Under the pieces are notes generated by a model. The model saw only the letters and a program-made list of their open reading frames with translations. It did no database searches and was not told where the DNA came from. This document shows positions 39,719 to 49,713 of a DNA stretch of 64,000 nt, one piece after another; within the stretch, counting starts at the first letter, position 1; every line of letters starts with the position of its first letter. Origin of the DNA: Azospirillum sp. (GTDB lineage: Bacteria > Pseudomonadota > Alphaproteobacteria > CACIAM-22H2); NCBI GenBank assembly GCA_020249045.1, contig JADCGK010000015.1, positions 4,944 through 68,943 on the forward strand, given 5' to 3'. A program made the position numbers and the translations under genes.

Positions 39719-41131
39719 TCAAGCGGCCTCTTTCAATGATTGGAACGCCGCCAACGCGCGCGCGCGCGCTTCGCCGTGATCCACGATGGGGTTGGGATAG
39801 GTGACGCCGAGTTTCACGCCCGCGCGCGCCAGCACGTCGGCCGGCGCCTCCCACGGCGTGTGGATGTGTTCGGCGGGCAGACGGGCGAGTTCGGGCACGA
39901 AGCGGCGGACGTAAGCGCCGTCGGGATCGAATTTGGCGCCCTGCAGCATGGGATTGAAGATTCGGAAATAGGGTGCGGCATCCGCCCCGCAGCCCGCGAC
40001 CCATTGCCAGCTCGCCGCGTTGTTGGCGAGATCCGCGTCGACCAGCGTGTCCCAGAACCAATCCTCGCCCGCGCGCCAGGGTTGGAGCAGATGCTTGACG
40101 AGGAACGACGCCGCGATCATCCGAACGCGATTGTGCATCCAGCCGGTTTGCCACAACTCGCGCATGCCCGCGTCGACGATGGGATAACCGGTCGCACCTT
40201 TGCGCCACGCGCGCAAATGCGCGGGATTCTCGCGCCAGGGGAAATCGCGGAATTCGGTGCGCAGCGCCGTCTCGGGCAGATCGGGCAATTGGAACAGCAG
40301 ATGATGCGAGAACTCGCGCCACCCGAGTTCGGCGACGAACTTGGTCGACGACGCCCCCGCATGGAAGCATTGGCGCGGCGAGATTTCGCCGAAATGCAGA
40401 TGCGGCGACAGCCGCGACGTCGCCTCGATATCCGGCCGGTCGCGCGAAGACGCGTAACCCGACAGCGCCGTCGCCACGAATGAAGCGAGCCGCGCTTGCG
40501 CACCCGCCTCACCCGGCGTCCAAACCGAAAAGCCGCCCGCCCAATCGGGCTTGGTCGGCAGCAGCGCCCAAGCATCGAGCGCATCCGACGCCGGCCATGC
40601 GCCCGGCGCCGACGCCTTCTTGGGGGCGGGCACGGCCGCCGACGGCGGTTCGGCGGCAAGACACGCCTTCCAGAACGGCGTAAACACCCGGAAGGGCGTG
40701 CCGGTCTTCGACACGATGGTCCACGGCTCGAACAGCAAATTCGCGTTGAAGCTTTTGGCGACGAGACCGCGCGCCTCCAGATCGGCTTTGATCGTCTTGT
40801 CGCGCGCGACCGCGAAAGGCTCGTAGCAGCGGTTCCAGTGCACGCCCGCGGCTTTGGTTTCGCCGATCAACGCATCCAAGCACGCCGCGGATCTGCCCCG
40901 GCGCAAGATCAGCTTCAGCCCGAGGTCGCCGAGATCGCGCGCGAGCGACGCGAGCGAATGATGCAACCACCAGCGGCTGGCGCCGCCCATCCGCCACACG
41001 CCCGGCGCGTCGTCGTCGAGGATGTAGACCGGCACCACGGGCGCGCCGGTCGCGATCGCCTCGCGCAAAGCCGGATTGTCGGAAAGCCGCAAATCCTGAC
41101 GGAACCAGACCAGAAGAGGCGAAAGGGACAT
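39719..41131 (-). CDS. phrB: Deoxyribodipyrimidine photolyase (CPD photolyase)
   Basis: An FAD-binding C-terminal domain (…TGYPIVDAGMRELWQTGWMHNRVRM…WQWVAGCGADAAPYFRIFNP…). Confidence 0.9.
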   Translation of the reverse strand: MSLSPLLVWFRQDLRLSDNPALREAIATGAPVVPVYILDDDAPGVWRMGGASRWWLHHSLASLARDLGDLGLKLILRRGRSAACLDALIGETKAAGVHWNRCYEPFAVARDKTIKADLEARGLVAKSFNANLLFEPWTIVSKTGTPFRVFTPFWKACLAAEPPSAAVPAPKKASAPGAWPASDALDAWALLPTKPDWAGGFSVWTPGEAGAQARLASFVATALSGYASSRDRPDIEATSRLSPHLHFGEISPRQCFHAGASSTKFVAELGWREFSHHLLFQLPDLPETALRTEFRDFPWRENPAHLRAWRKGATGYPIVDAGMRELWQTGWMHNRVRMIAASFLVKHLLQPWRAGEDWFWDTLVDADLANNAASWQWVAGCGADAAPYFRIFNPMLQGAKFDPDGAYVRRFVPELARLPAEHIHTPWEAPADVLARAGVKLGVTYPNPIVDHGEARARALAAFQSLKEAA

Positions 41132-41165
41132 GCGGACGGAGAGCGTTACCGGTTGAGGATGAACG

Positions 41166-41195
41166 TCTTTACGCCCCGGGACCCGGGACGGATCA
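41166..41195 (-). promoter_or_regulatory. Putative ECF sigmaE(RpoE)-type promoter upstream of the photolyase operon
   Basis: The minus strand reads TGATCC-N17-GTAAAGA ~35 nt upstream of the photolyase ATG. This matches the TGATCC…TAAGA pattern reported for singlet-oxygen sigmaE promoters. Confidence 0.4.
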
Positions 41196-41903
41196 CTCGC
41201 GCGGCGGCTTCGGAAGGCGCGCGATCGGCGCCAAGCGGTCGGCCGGGAACAAATGCAGGCGATCCCGACCCGTCATCAATACCCGAAACCGCGTGCGTCC
41301 GAACAGGCCCGCGATCGCCCGATCGAGCGCATCGAGACCGCCGGCATACGCGCCGAACGCCGGCATCACCATCCGCCGTCCGTCATGCGCGAAACACGGC
41401 GCCACGACCCGCCCTGCAGACGTGGTGACGCAGGCCTTCGGATGGAAGTGCCCGACGATCTCGCCCGGCGATAAAACCGCACCGGCCGGTGCGTGACGCA
41501 GAACGAGGCGCCCTTCCGCGACCTCGGTTACCGCGCGGCCCCCCAAAACCGACGGTATCGCGGGATCGTGGTTCCCCAGCACCCACACCCAGTCGACCCC
41601 ATCCATCAGCCGGACGAGCATCTCCCGATCCGCAGGCGCGATCCGATCGGCCGCGCCGGTATCGTGGAACGAGTCCCCCAGACAAACGACGCGCGCGGGC
41701 GTGTAGCGCCGGATCAAACGCTGGAGTTCGCCCAACGTGGCGCGGGTGTCGTAGGGCGGCAGCATCACGCCCTTGGCGGCGTACGCCGAGCCTTTCTCCA
41801 AATGCAGGTCCGCCACGACCAAGGTTTTGACCGCCGGCCAATAAAGCGCGCCCGAGGGATCGGCGAACAGCGCCGTGTCTTCGATCGTGATCCGGGCGTG
41901 CAT
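41193..41903 (-). CDS. pdeM: Ligase-associated DNA damage response endonuclease PdeM (metallophosphoesterase)
   Basis: …LVVADLHLEKG… and …VCLGDSFHD…VLGNHD… give the PdeM pattern, and it sits immediately downstream of the Lhr-type helicase. Confidence 0.8.
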   Translation of the reverse strand: MHARITIEDTALFADPSGALYWPAVKTLVVADLHLEKGSAYAAKGVMLPPYDTRATLGELQRLIRRYTPARVVCLGDSFHDTGAADRIAPADREMLVRLMDGVDWVWVLGNHDPAIPSVLGGRAVTEVAEGRLVLRHAPAGAVLSPGEIVGHFHPKACVTTSAGRVVAPCFAHDGRRMVMPAFGAYAGGLDALDRAIAGLFGRTRFRVLMTGRDRLHLFPADRLAPIARLPKPPRE

Positions 41904-44335
41904 CAGAAAAGTTCGCTCTGCGGGTCTTCGGCGGTCGCTTCGTCGATCAGGGCTTGCGCGGCCGCTTCGTCGGCCAACGCGTCTTCGATGGCCGCACCGT
42001 AGATCGCTTCGCGGCCCACTTCCAGCAGCACCGGAACGGCCAATGGCGAAACGCGCGCCAAGCGCCGATGCCGGATCGCGCCGCGGCAACCGCGCAGCAT
42101 CGCGGCCAAACGCTCCAGATCGACCAGGCCGGTCGCCGCATCGGCCCTTGTCGCGCGCAACAGGACGTGATCGGGTTCGTGCTTGCGCAGCACGTCGTAG
42201 ATCAGGTCCGACGAGAAGGTCACCTGCCGGCCACTTTTCTCCTGGCCGGGATGGCGCCGCTCGATCAGCCCCGCGATCACCGCGACGTTGCGGAACGCGC
42301 GTTTGAGCATCGAGGAATCGGCGAGCCACTCCTCGAGTTCGTCGCCGAGAATGTCCTCGGCGAAGAGCTCGGCCGGCCGTTCGGCCGGCTTCAGCGACCA
42401 CACCGCGATCGAGTAATCGGACGCGACGAACCCCAAAGGCCGCAACCCGGTCCGTTCCATCCGCCGTGTCAGCAGCAGACCCAAGGTCTGATGCGCGTTG
42501 CGTCCGGCGAAGCAATAGGCGACCAGAAACCAGCGTCCATGGCGCGGAAAGGTTTCGATCAGCAATCCGGTCCGTTCGGGCAGGGAAGACCGCCGGCGCT
42601 GCAATCCCAGCCATTCCTTCACGTCGCTCGGGAACCCGCGCCACGCGGCGGGATCGGCGAGCAGACCGCGCACCCGGTCGGCGAGTTCGGCCGTGAAGGG
42701 CATCCGCCCGCCGGCGAAGACCGGCACTTTGGGCTGGTCGTCCTTCGCGCGGGAGACTTCGACCGTCGTCTCGCGCAGGCCTTCGTAGCGCAGCACCTGA
42801 CCCGCGAAGGCGAAACTGTCGCCGGGGGCGAGTTGCACGACGAAGTTCTCCTCGATCCGGCCGAGCCGTTTGCCGCGCCGGAAGGCGACGTTGAGCATCG
42901 GCTCCTCGACGATCGTGCCGACGTTGAGCCGGTACTGACGCACGACGAGCGCGCCGGCAACCGTCCAGCGCCCGGCGTCGTCGCGTTTGAGGCGCTTGAA
43001 GCGCTCGTAGGCGCCGAGGGCGTAGCCGCCATCGGCCACGAAGCCGAGCACGCGGTCGAAATCCCCGCGCGTCAACCCGGCATAGGGTGCCGCCCGGCGC
43101 ACATTGGCGTAGGTCGCCTCGGCGTCGAACGGCGCCGAGCACGCGCGCGCCAGAAGATGCTGCGCGAGCACGTCGAGCGCGCCCGGCGGCATCCGCAAGG
43201 GCTCGATCTCGCCCGCTTCGAGGGCCGCGATCGCCGCGCGGCATTCGAGCATTTCGAAGCGGTTGGCGGGCACGAGGATGGCGCGCGACGGCTCGTCGAG
43301 CCGGTGATTGGCCCGGCCCACGCGCTGGATCAGCCGCGCGGCCCCTTTGGGCGCGCCGATCTGAACGACCAGATCGACGTCGCCCCAGTCGATCCCCAGA
43401 TCGAGCGAGGATGTGGCGACCACGGCGCGCAGCTTGCCCGCGGCCATCGCCGCCTCGACCTTGCGCCGCTGTTCGGGCGACAGCGAACCGTGGTGCAGGG
43501 CGATGGGAAGATTGTCGGCGTTGAGCTTCCAAAGCTCGCGGAAGCAGATTTCCGCCTGCGCGCGCGTGTTGACGAACACGATCGCCGAGCGCGCGGCCTT
43601 GAGCGCCAGGTAAACCTCCGGCAGCGCGTGCACGGCCATGTGCCCGCCCCACGGGATGCGCGCTTCGGGCACCAGGATCGAGACCCGCGCTTGGGCCCCC
43701 GCTCCCCCGCGCACGATTTCGGGCGTCGCATCCATTCCGGCGCCGAGATAGCCCGCGAGCTTCGGCGGTTCGGCGACCGTGGCCGAAAGGCCGATGCGGC
43801 GCGCGCGCGGGGCGATGTCGGCCAGCCGCGCGAGATCGAGGGCAAGCAGATCGCCGCGCTTGGTCCCGGCCAAAGCGTGGATCTCGTCGATCACGACCGC
43901 ACGCAATCGGGCGAACGTGGCGGGCGCATCGGGGTATGACAGCAGCAGCGCCAGCGATTCGGGTGTCGTCATCAGGATGTGCGGCGGGGATTTGCGCTGG
44001 CGAACGCGTTTGGCTTGGGGCGTGTCGCCGGTCCGGCTTTCAGCCCGCAGGGGCAGGTCCATCTCGGCGATGGGTCGCTCGACGTTGCGGTGCACGTCGA
44101 TGGCGAGCGCCTTCAAGGGCGAGACGTAAAGCGTGTGCAACCCCGGTGCGGGGTCGGCGGCCAGTTCGACGAGGCTCGGCAGAAACCCCGCCAAAGTCTT
44201 GCCCGCGCCCGTAGGCGCGACCAGCAAGGCCGACCGGCCGGCGCGCGCGTGGTCGAGCAGTGCGGCCTGGTGCGCGCGCAAGCGCCAGCCCCGCGCCGCC
44301 ATCCAGCCCGCGAAGGGTTCGGGCAGGCCGCTCAC
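41903..44335 (-). CDS. Ligase-associated DNA damage response DEXH-box helicase (Lhr-core-like)
   Basis: Walker A (APTGAGKT), DEIH box (VVIDEIHAL) and helicase C motifs, with a C-terminal Lhr extension. The start is approximate (GTG/ATG between 44302 and 44467). Confidence 0.85.
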   Translation of the reverse strand: MSGLPEPFAGWMAARGWRLRAHQAALLDHARAGRSALLVAPTGAGKTLAGFLPSLVELAADPAPGLHTLYVSPLKALAIDVHRNVERPIAEMDLPLRAESRTGDTPQAKRVRQRKSPPHILMTTPESLALLLSYPDAPATFARLRAVVIDEIHALAGTKRGDLLALDLARLADIAPRARRIGLSATVAEPPKLAGYLGAGMDATPEIVRGGAGAQARVSILVPEARIPWGGHMAVHALPEVYLALKAARSAIVFVNTRAQAEICFRELWKLNADNLPIALHHGSLSPEQRRKVEAAMAAGKLRAVVATSSLDLGIDWGDVDLVVQIGAPKGAARLIQRVGRANHRLDEPSRAILVPANRFEMLECRAAIAALEAGEIEPLRMPPGALDVLAQHLLARACSAPFDAEATYANVRRAAPYAGLTRGDFDRVLGFVADGGYALGAYERFKRLKRDDAGRWTVAGALVVRQYRLNVGTIVEEPMLNVAFRRGKRLGRIEENFVVQLAPGDSFAFAGQVLRYEGLRETTVEVSRAKDDQPKVPVFAGGRMPFTAELADRVRGLLADPAAWRGFPSDVKEWLGLQRRRSSLPERTGLLIETFPRHGRWFLVAYCFAGRNAHQTLGLLLTRRMERTGLRPLGFVASDYSIAVWSLKPAERPAELFAEDILGDELEEWLADSSMLKRAFRNVAVIAGLIERRHPGQEKSGRQVTFSSDLIYDVLRKHEPDHVLLRATRADAATGLVDLERLAAMLRGCRGAIRHRRLARVSPLAVPVLLEVGREAIYGAAIEDALADEAAAQALIDEATAEDPQSELF

Positions 44336-44414
44336 GCGCCCGCGAGCGGCCGAGGACGAACGCGGTGCGTCCCACGGACGACCGGACCGGCGAGCGCGCG
44401 CAATCCCAACACCG

Positions 44415-44828
44415 TCATCGCGCGGCCCCCGGATTGAACGCGACCGCCACGTCGTCCGGCGGGGCACCGCCCGTCTCCCGGATCAAGAACGCGGGCCGCC
44501 CGGCGATCATCCGGAAGCTCGCCGTCGCCCCGGGCGGTACGGGCCCCGACTGCACGCGGTTGCGCGCGTCCGCGCAAAAGGCGGTCAACGCGGCGGCGAT
44601 CTCGCCGGCGTCGAAGTCGATGCGCCGTTCCCCGCCCTCGTCGGTCGCCACGATCAGGACGACGCGCAGCGTCCGCGGTTCGCATTGGACGCCCAGGATG
44701 CGGCCCGGCGGCAAAGGGTCCTTAAGCGCGCGCCGGAACGCGGTCAGCGCATTGACGAGTTCGCTTTCGCGCAGCAAGAGCGCGCGGTAGGCCTCGGTGC
44801 CGGGCGGCAAGGTTCGGGGCTTGGCCAT
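44415..44828 (-). CDS. Hypothetical protein (137 aa)
   Basis: Non-repetitive composition, co-oriented and immediately upstream of the helicase. No motif recognised. Confidence 0.35.
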   Translation of the reverse strand: MAKPRTLPPGTEAYRALLLRESELVNALTAFRRALKDPLPPGRILGVQCEPRTLRVVLIVATDEGGERRIDFDAGEIAAALTAFCADARNRVQSGPVPPGATASFRMIAGRPAFLIRETGGAPPDDVAVAFNPGAAR

Positions 44829-44846
44829 CGCGCGCCCTCGTCTGCC

Positions 44847-45215
44847 CTATGCCGCCGCTTCGGACAGGATTTCGAGGGTCAGCGCCTCGGGTTCAACCGG
44901 ACCCGCGACATGCGCCGACAGCGCCAAGCGCCCCTCGATCAGATGCAGATCGCGCGCCGCACGCGGCGGCAGCACCACGCCCACGTCGTGGCAGCGCATC
45001 GCCAAGGCGGCCACCACGGAGTCCTTGTCGTAGACGAAGCGCTTGCGGTCGGGCGGCGCGCCGAAGGACAGCGCGCAGCCCAACGTATCGGGATCGATCT
45101 CGAACAGATCGGCCGGCGTCGTCGGGGTCGACAGGCCGCGCCGTCGGTCGTAGGCGACCAACGCGCCGCGCACGTCGCGCCAGGAAAAAATCACGAATCG
45201 GTACTCGCTCGCCAT
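44847..45215 (-). CDS. Hypothetical protein (~122 aa)
   Basis: MASEYRFVIFSWRDVRGALVAYDRRRG…, co-oriented with the previous ORF. No motif recognised. Confidence 0.35.
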   Translation of the reverse strand: MASEYRFVIFSWRDVRGALVAYDRRRGLSTPTTPADLFEIDPDTLGCALSFGAPPDRKRFVYDKDSVVAALAMRCHDVGVVLPPRAARDLHLIEGRLALSAHVAGPVEPEALTLEILSEAAA

Positions 45216-45284
45216 CCGACGCCCCCAGGTCCGATTTCGCGGCACCCGGCGGGCGGCGTCAAGCGGATCGAACGCGAAGCGCCC

Positions 45285-48200
45285 TCACTCCGCCGGATGG
45301 GCGGCCGGCGCCGCCTTGCGGAAGCGGCGCGAAAGCTCGCGCATGACCACGTAGAACACCGGGGTCAGGAACAGACCGAAGATCGTCACGCCGATCATGC
45401 CAGAGAACACGGCCGTCCCCAGGGATTGGCGCATCTCCGCGCCCGGCCCCGTCGCCGTGACCAACGGAACCACGCCCAGGATGAAGGCGAGCGCGGTCAT
45501 CAGGATCGGGCGCAGGCGCAAGCGGCAGGCCTCGACCACCGCGGCGATCGGATCCTTGCCCTCGTGCTCGAGCTGACGCGCGAACTCCACGATCAAAATC
45601 GCGTTCTTGGCGGCGAGGCCCACGAGCACGATCAACCCGACCTGGACCAGAATGTTGTTGTCGAGCCCGCGGATCATCACGCCGATCAGCGCCGAAAGCA
45701 CGCTCATCGGCACGATCAGCACGATCGCCAGCGGCAGACCCCAGCTTTCGTACTGGGCGGCGAGTGCCAGAAACACGAACACGACCGCCAACGCGAAAAT
45801 CCAGACGGCCGTGTTGCCGACCAGCTTTTCCTGCAGCGCGAGTTCGGTCCACTCGAAGCTGATGCCCGCGGGCAGCGTCTCCGCGGCGAGGCGCTCGATC
45901 GTGGCGATCGCCTGCCCCGAGGAAATTCCCGCCGCCGTCAACTGGATCGGAACGGAGACATAGGCGTTGTAGCGCTGGACCAGATCCGGCCCGGCGGTGT
46001 CGCGAATATCCACGATCGTGCCGAGCGGCACGAGATCGCCTGTCGCCGATCGCACCTTCAACCGCGCGATATCCTCGCGGTCCACGCGATGGACGCGGTC
46101 GGCCTGCGCGCGCACCTGATAGACGCGCCCGAACGCGTTGAAGTCGTTGACGTAAGCGGTGCCGAGATTGAACTGCAACGTCTCGAAGATGTTGCCGATC
46201 GGCACGTTCAGCATCTGCGCTTTGGTCCGATCGATATCGAGATAGATCTGCGGCGTGCCGGCCGAGAAGGTCGTGAATACGCCCACCAGCCCCGGCACCT
46301 GGCGCAAGCGGCCGATGAATTCGTTGGCGACCTCCAGCAGGCGGCGCGGGTCGTTGCCGGTGCGGTCCTGCAATTGCAGCTTCAACCCGCCCAATCCGCC
46401 GATACCCGGCACCGCCGGCGGCGGGATCGGGATGATGAAGGCGTCCTGGATCGACATCGTCCGGCCGAAGACCTGGCGCAGGATGTTGCCCACGCTCAAG
46501 CCCTCGCGCGTGCGTTCGGCGAACGGCGTGAAGCCGGTGAACACGACGGCCGCGTTGGGCGCGTTGGTGAACGTGGCGCCCGAAAAACCCGCGAAGGCGA
46601 CGGCGTCCTTGATGCCGGGCGTGGCCTTCAGGATTTCGCTGGCACGCAGCGTCACCGCGTCGGTGCGTTCGAGCGAAGCCCCGTCGGGCAGTTGGATCGC
46701 CACGATGCCGTAGCCGCGATCGAGCGGCGGAATGAAGCCGCGCGGCACCATCGAGCCGACCTGCACGGTCAGCGCCGCGAGGCCGACGTAGACGCCGAGC
46801 ATCACGAGCTTTCGCTTGGCGACCCAACCGGCCGACCGCGCGTAGCCGTTGCCCATCTTGTCGAAGCTGCGGTTGAACACGCGCGCGAACGCCGCGCCCG
46901 CCTTGCCCAACGGGCCCGTCGGCGCGTGCCCGGGTTCGTGCTTTTTGAGCAGCATGGCGGCCAACGCGGGCGAAAGCGTCAACGAATTGAAGGCCGACAG
47001 CACCGTCGCCACCGCGATCGTGACGGCGAATTGCCGGTAGAACTGCCCCTGCAGGCCGGGAACGAAGGCGGTGGGGATGAACACCGCCGCCAGCACGACG
47101 GCGATGGCGATCACGGCGGTGCCGACCTCGTCCATCGTCTCGTGGGCGGCGTCGCGCGGGCTCATGCCGTTGGCGATATTGCGCTCGACGTTCTCCACCA
47201 CGACGATCGCGTCGTCGACGACGATGCCGATGGCCAGCACCATTCCGAACAGCGTCAGCACGTTCAGCTGGAAGCCGAATTCGAGCATGACCGCGAACGT
47301 GCCGACCAGCGAGACCGGGATGGCCAGGATCGGAATCAACGCCGCGCGCCAAGATTGCAGGAAGACGAGCACGACCAGCGCGACCAGGAAGACGGCTTCG
47401 GCCAGCGTCACGTAGACCGCGTCGATCGATTCCTGGATGAACTCGGTGGGATTGTAGACGACCTGATAGTCCACGCCGACGGGGAAGTCGCGTTTGAGCT
47501 CGGCCATGCGCTTCTGGATCGCGGCGGAGGTCGCGAGCGCGTTCGAGCCCGGCCGCTGGAACACGGCGATCGCCACCGCCGGCTTGCCGTTCAGATATGA
47601 ATTCGTGACGTATTCGCGCGCGCCAAGTTCCACCCGCGCCACGTCGCGCAAGCGCACGATGCGGCCGTCGCCGGAGGACCGGATGATGACGTCGTTGAAC
47701 TGGCGCGGATCGTCGAAACGTCCTTGGGTGAGGATCGGAATCTGAAACGCCGCGCCCTGCGACGGCGGCGTGCCGAGCGCGCCGCCGGAGACCTGGACGT
47801 TCTGTTCGCGCAACGCGCGCACGACATCGCCCGCCGACAACGCGTAGCCGGCCAGCCGTTCGGGATCGAGCCAAACGCGGATCGCGTATTCGCGCGCGCC
47901 GAAGACGAGCAGATCGCCCACGCCGTCGATGCGCAGCAGCTGGTCGCGCACGCGCAGGATCGCGTAGTTGGAGATGTAGAGCTGGTCGTAGCTCTCGTCG
48001 GGCGAGAGCATGTGGACGACCATCATGAGATTGGGCGAGCTTTTCTGCGTGACGACGCCAAGCTGGCGCACGGCGTCGGGCAGGCGCGGCGTCGCGATCT
48101 GGACGCGGTTCTGGACGAGCACCTGGGCGTTGTCGAGGTTGGTGCCCGGCTTGAACGTGATCGTCAGCGCCATGCCGCCATCGGCCGTGGCGTAGGAGGA

Positions 48201-48440
48201 CATGTAGAGCATGTCCTCGACGCCGTTGATCTCCTGCTCCAGGGGCGTGGCGACGGTGGCGGCGACGGTTTCGGCGTCCGCCCCCGGATAGTTCGCGCGC
48301 ACGACGATCGTTGGGGGCGCGATCTCCGGATACTCGGACACCGGCAGCGCGACGAACGCGATGCCGCCCAGGATGACCATGACGATCGAGACGACGATCG
48401 CGAAGATCGGCCGATCGACGAAGAAATGGGCGAAACGCAT
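45285..48440 (-). CDS. RND multidrug efflux transporter permease (HAE1, AcrB/MexB-like)
   Basis: A 1051-aa protein with a 12-TM profile and two large periplasmic loops, AcrB-like throughout. Confidence 0.95.
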   Translation of the reverse strand: MRFAHFFVDRPIFAIVVSIVMVILGGIAFVALPVSEYPEIAPPTIVVRANYPGADAETVAATVATPLEQEINGVEDMLYMSSYATADGGMALTITFKPGTNLDNAQVLVQNRVQIATPRLPDAVRQLGVVTQKSSPNLMMVVHMLSPDESYDQLYISNYAILRVRDQLLRIDGVGDLLVFGAREYAIRVWLDPERLAGYALSAGDVVRALREQNVQVSGGALGTPPSQGAAFQIPILTQGRFDDPRQFNDVIIRSSGDGRIVRLRDVARVELGAREYVTNSYLNGKPAVAIAVFQRPGSNALATSAAIQKRMAELKRDFPVGVDYQVVYNPTEFIQESIDAVYVTLAEAVFLVALVVLVFLQSWRAALIPILAIPVSLVGTFAVMLEFGFQLNVLTLFGMVLAIGIVVDDAIVVVENVERNIANGMSPRDAAHETMDEVGTAVIAIAVVLAAVFIPTAFVPGLQGQFYRQFAVTIAVATVLSAFNSLTLSPALAAMLLKKHEPGHAPTGPLGKAGAAFARVFNRSFDKMGNGYARSAGWVAKRKLVMLGVYVGLAALTVQVGSMVPRGFIPPLDRGYGIVAIQLPDGASLERTDAVTLRASEILKATPGIKDAVAFAGFSGATFTNAPNAAVVFTGFTPFAERTREGLSVGNILRQVFGRTMSIQDAFIIPIPPPAVPGIGGLGGLKLQLQDRTGNDPRRLLEVANEFIGRLRQVPGLVGVFTTFSAGTPQIYLDIDRTKAQMLNVPIGNIFETLQFNLGTAYVNDFNAFGRVYQVRAQADRVHRVDREDIARLKVRSATGDLVPLGTIVDIRDTAGPDLVQRYNAYVSVPIQLTAAGISSGQAIATIERLAAETLPAGISFEWTELALQEKLVGNTAVWIFALAVVFVFLALAAQYESWGLPLAIVLIVPMSVLSALIGVMIRGLDNNILVQVGLIVLVGLAAKNAILIVEFARQLEHEGKDPIAAVVEACRLRLRPILMTALAFILGVVPLVTATGPGAEMRQSLGTAVFSGMIGVTIFGLFLTPVFYVVMRELSRRFRKAAPAAHPAE

Positions 48441-48441
48441 G

Positions 48442-49593
48442 TCAGCGCGCCTCCCGCACCGGGGGCAACTCCACCGGTTGGGGCGTCACGCGCCCGCCCG
48501 GCCGCACGCGCTGCAGACCCGCGATGACGATCGTTTCCGATCCGTCGAGACCCTGGCGGATCACGCGATAGCCGTCGTGCCGCGGCCCCGGGCGCACGAG
48601 CCGCGGGGACACGGTCCCGTCGGCGGCCACGACCCACACGATGCGCCGGTCGAGATCGGCGGCGATCGCCTCGTCGGGCACCAGAACGGCGCGATAGGGG
48701 GTACCGCCGGGAACTTCGACGCGGCCGAACATACCCGGCGCGAGGAACAGATCCTCGTTTTTGACGGTGGCGCGCACGCGCATCGTGCCGGTCGCCTGGT
48801 CGAGCCGGCTGTCGACGAAATCGACCAGCCCCTTGCGGGTCATCTGGCGTTCGTCCGCGACGCCGATCAGCACTTCGATCTCGCTGGGCCGTTCGCGCGG
48901 ATTGGGCAAGCCGCCCGCCGCGCGCACGGAACGCGCGTAGGCGAGATAGGCACGCTCGTCGATGTCGAAATAGAACTTCACCGGGTCGAGGGTGACGATC
49001 GTGGCGAGCAGCGATTGATCGGCGGCGACGAGATTTCCTTCGGACACGAGCTTGCGGCCGATGCGCCCGGAAATCGGCGCGCGCACGTCGGTGAATCCCA
49101 GATTGAGCCGCGCCGTCTCCAGTTCCGCGCGCAGACCCGCGATGTCGGCCTGGGCCTGCAGGAATTGCTGGCGAGTTTGCTCGAGCTGACGTTCGGGCGC
49201 GGTGCCCGAACGCGCCAGACGCTCGTACCGCTCCATGTCGGACCGGAAGAAATCCAGGCGCGTCTGCGCGGCCGTCACGGCCGATTGCGCGCGCGCGAAC
49301 GCCGCGTTGTAGGTGCGCTTGTCGATCACGAACAGCACGTCGCCCTCGCGTACCATCTGGCCGTCGCGGAAGCGCACCGCCTCCAGATAGCCCGACACGC
49401 GCGCGCGCAGATCGACCGACTCGGCCGCTTCGAATCGACCGACGAATTCGTCGCGGTCGACGATCTCCTTGACCACGGGCTTGGCCACGGTCACCGGCGG
49501 CGGCGGAGCGCCCGGCCCCATTTGGGCGGACGCATCGGAAACGCAAACCAGCGCGACGGCCAATACGGCCGTCGGCACGATCCAATTACGCAT
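48442..49593 (-). CDS. RND efflux periplasmic adaptor (membrane fusion protein)
   Basis: A signal/anchor followed by biotinyl-lipoyl, beta-barrel and MP domains (…VRAPISGRIGRKLVSEGNLV…). It sits 1 nt from the RND gene. Confidence 0.9.
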   Translation of the reverse strand: MRNWIVPTAVLAVALVCVSDASAQMGPGAPPPPVTVAKPVVKEIVDRDEFVGRFEAAESVDLRARVSGYLEAVRFRDGQMVREGDVLFVIDKRTYNAAFARAQSAVTAAQTRLDFFRSDMERYERLARSGTAPERQLEQTRQQFLQAQADIAGLRAELETARLNLGFTDVRAPISGRIGRKLVSEGNLVAADQSLLATIVTLDPVKFYFDIDERAYLAYARSVRAAGGLPNPRERPSEIEVLIGVADERQMTRKGLVDFVDSRLDQATGTMRVRATVKNEDLFLAPGMFGRVEVPGGTPYRAVLVPDEAIAADLDRRIVWVVAADGTVSPRLVRPGPRHDGYRVIRQGLDGSETIVIAGLQRVRPGGRVTPQPVELPPVREAR

Positions 49594-49713
49594 GGCTCCC
49601 CACTTATCCGGCCGAACGCGGCGACCGCGGATTCCCCGCCGCTCGCGTAGGCAAATTTCGAAGTCGTTTCGTACAACTAGACGGGGTGAACGGTGGGCGC
49701 AAGCCGCAGGGGG

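Noticed and set aside
41193-43652. 819-aa ORF in the frame of pdeM extending through the helicase region
   Set aside because: Only the C-terminal 236 aa (PdeM) are genuine. The helicase is encoded in another frame (41903..44335), and the remainder is Arg/Gly-rich artefact.
44133-47600. 1155-aa plus-strand ORF antisense to the RND transporter
   Set aside because: It is antisense to a full-length AcrB-like gene and has extreme Arg/Asp/His-rich composition without domains.
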